Shown here in pieces: positions 63,417-64,000 of a DNA stretch of 64,000 nucleotides. The position numbers were made by a program, and so were the translations under genes. The notes beneath the pieces are model-generated. The model saw only the letters and a list, made by a program, of their open reading frames with translations, did no database searches and was not told where the DNA came from. Source of the stretch: Guillardia theta CCMP2712 (taxonomy: Eukaryota; Protista; Cryptophyta); NCBI RefSeq assembly GCF_000315625.1, contig NW_005434670.1, positions 492,054-556,053 on the forward strand. Direction: 5' to 3'. Within the stretch, counting starts at the first letter, position 1. Each line of letters starts with the position of its first letter.

Positions 63417-64000
63417 TCTGCTCCTGCTCCTCCTGCTCTCCTTCACTTACCGCTCCATCCTGCAGCTACCCGCAGAACTTCGCCATCCTCTTGGAGGGAC
63501 AGGAGGGTCAAACCATGCTCTGCGTGTGCGACGGGGAGGTGGACATCTACGTCAAGGGCCACCACGTCACGAGGTTCGGGGAGGGACATATCTTCGGGGA
63601 GATCGCGCTGGTGACGGGAGAGAAGAGAACTGCTTCAGGTGCCTCCTGCCCTCCCCCCCCTCTCCCTCCTTCCGCTCCCGCTCGTTTCTCCCCTACCTCC
63701 CCCACCCCCTTCATCCTCCTCCTCCCACTTCCCCAACTACAATGGGGGGCAAAGATGATTTCATTCTGCCTCCTCCTCCTCCTCGAACTGGCATGTTGCT
63801 TCGTCCACCGACATCTGCCAGGAAATACTCAGCTACACTTCGCAGCAGACTCTTGATTGCCTCTGGGATAATGTCACTGGTCACAAGCCCCTTCAAGATG
63901 GGAAAGATTTGAACTCTCGTTTCAGAGATCTATGACGAGGGAGAGAAATGCCTGCTTACCCTACATCCCATGAAGGATGGCATGGCTCCACCTCAGATGG
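57886..64000 (+). CDS. Cyclic-nucleotide-binding domain protein, many small exons with microsatellite-filled introns; start uncertain, 3'-partial
   Basis: IIRNSQILSQLGDSELDKLAKSV...AILLEGQEGQTMLCVCDGEVDIYVKG..FGEGHIFGEIALVTGEKRTAS (63268-63638) is a canonical cNMP cassette. Upstream exons are bounded by AG/GT. Confidence 0.7.

Noticed and set aside
58823-63912. Many long low-complexity ORFs (polyL, polyS, polyE, 387 aa)
   Set aside because: Read-through of stop-poor intronic microsatellites. Only short embedded exons are credible.

Overview
Eukaryotic nuclear DNA from a gene-dense, intron-rich alga with a complex plastid. A cryptophyte such as Guillardia is my inference, from a signal peptide followed by a Phe-starting transit peptide and from the many 45-60 nt introns. 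There are two N gaps. The ORF track fragments most genes, so I rebuilt about 21 protein genes by splicing by eye; exon boundaries are approximate. Recognisable genes are a lumenal FKBP, a secreted SAM methyltransferase, a C2 protein, a discoidin+SGNH protein, MRPL49, chorismate mutase, NAA20, PET100, a multi-Tudor/chromo/LysM protein, SRP54, WASHC3/CCDC53, ENKD1, a PAN+GH95 fucosidase, PP4R3/SMEK, SF1/BBP and a cNMP-binding protein. The window also holds a decayed PIF/Harbinger transposon, an inverted pair of near-identical Cys-rich genes and many intronic microsatellites. Three signals stand out. (1) Nearly every gene 5' region carries one of two non-coding island types: a GC-rich mosaic of short palindromes flanked by AAGTT/AACTT clusters, or a C-skewed CCCTACCC/GGTACC island. 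(2) A LysM domain appears to be inserted inside a chromodomain in a five-Tudor protein. (3) An intronless, internally duplicated protein with conserved His/Glu/Cys residues looks like a bacterial import. No tRNA, rRNA or CRISPR array was found.
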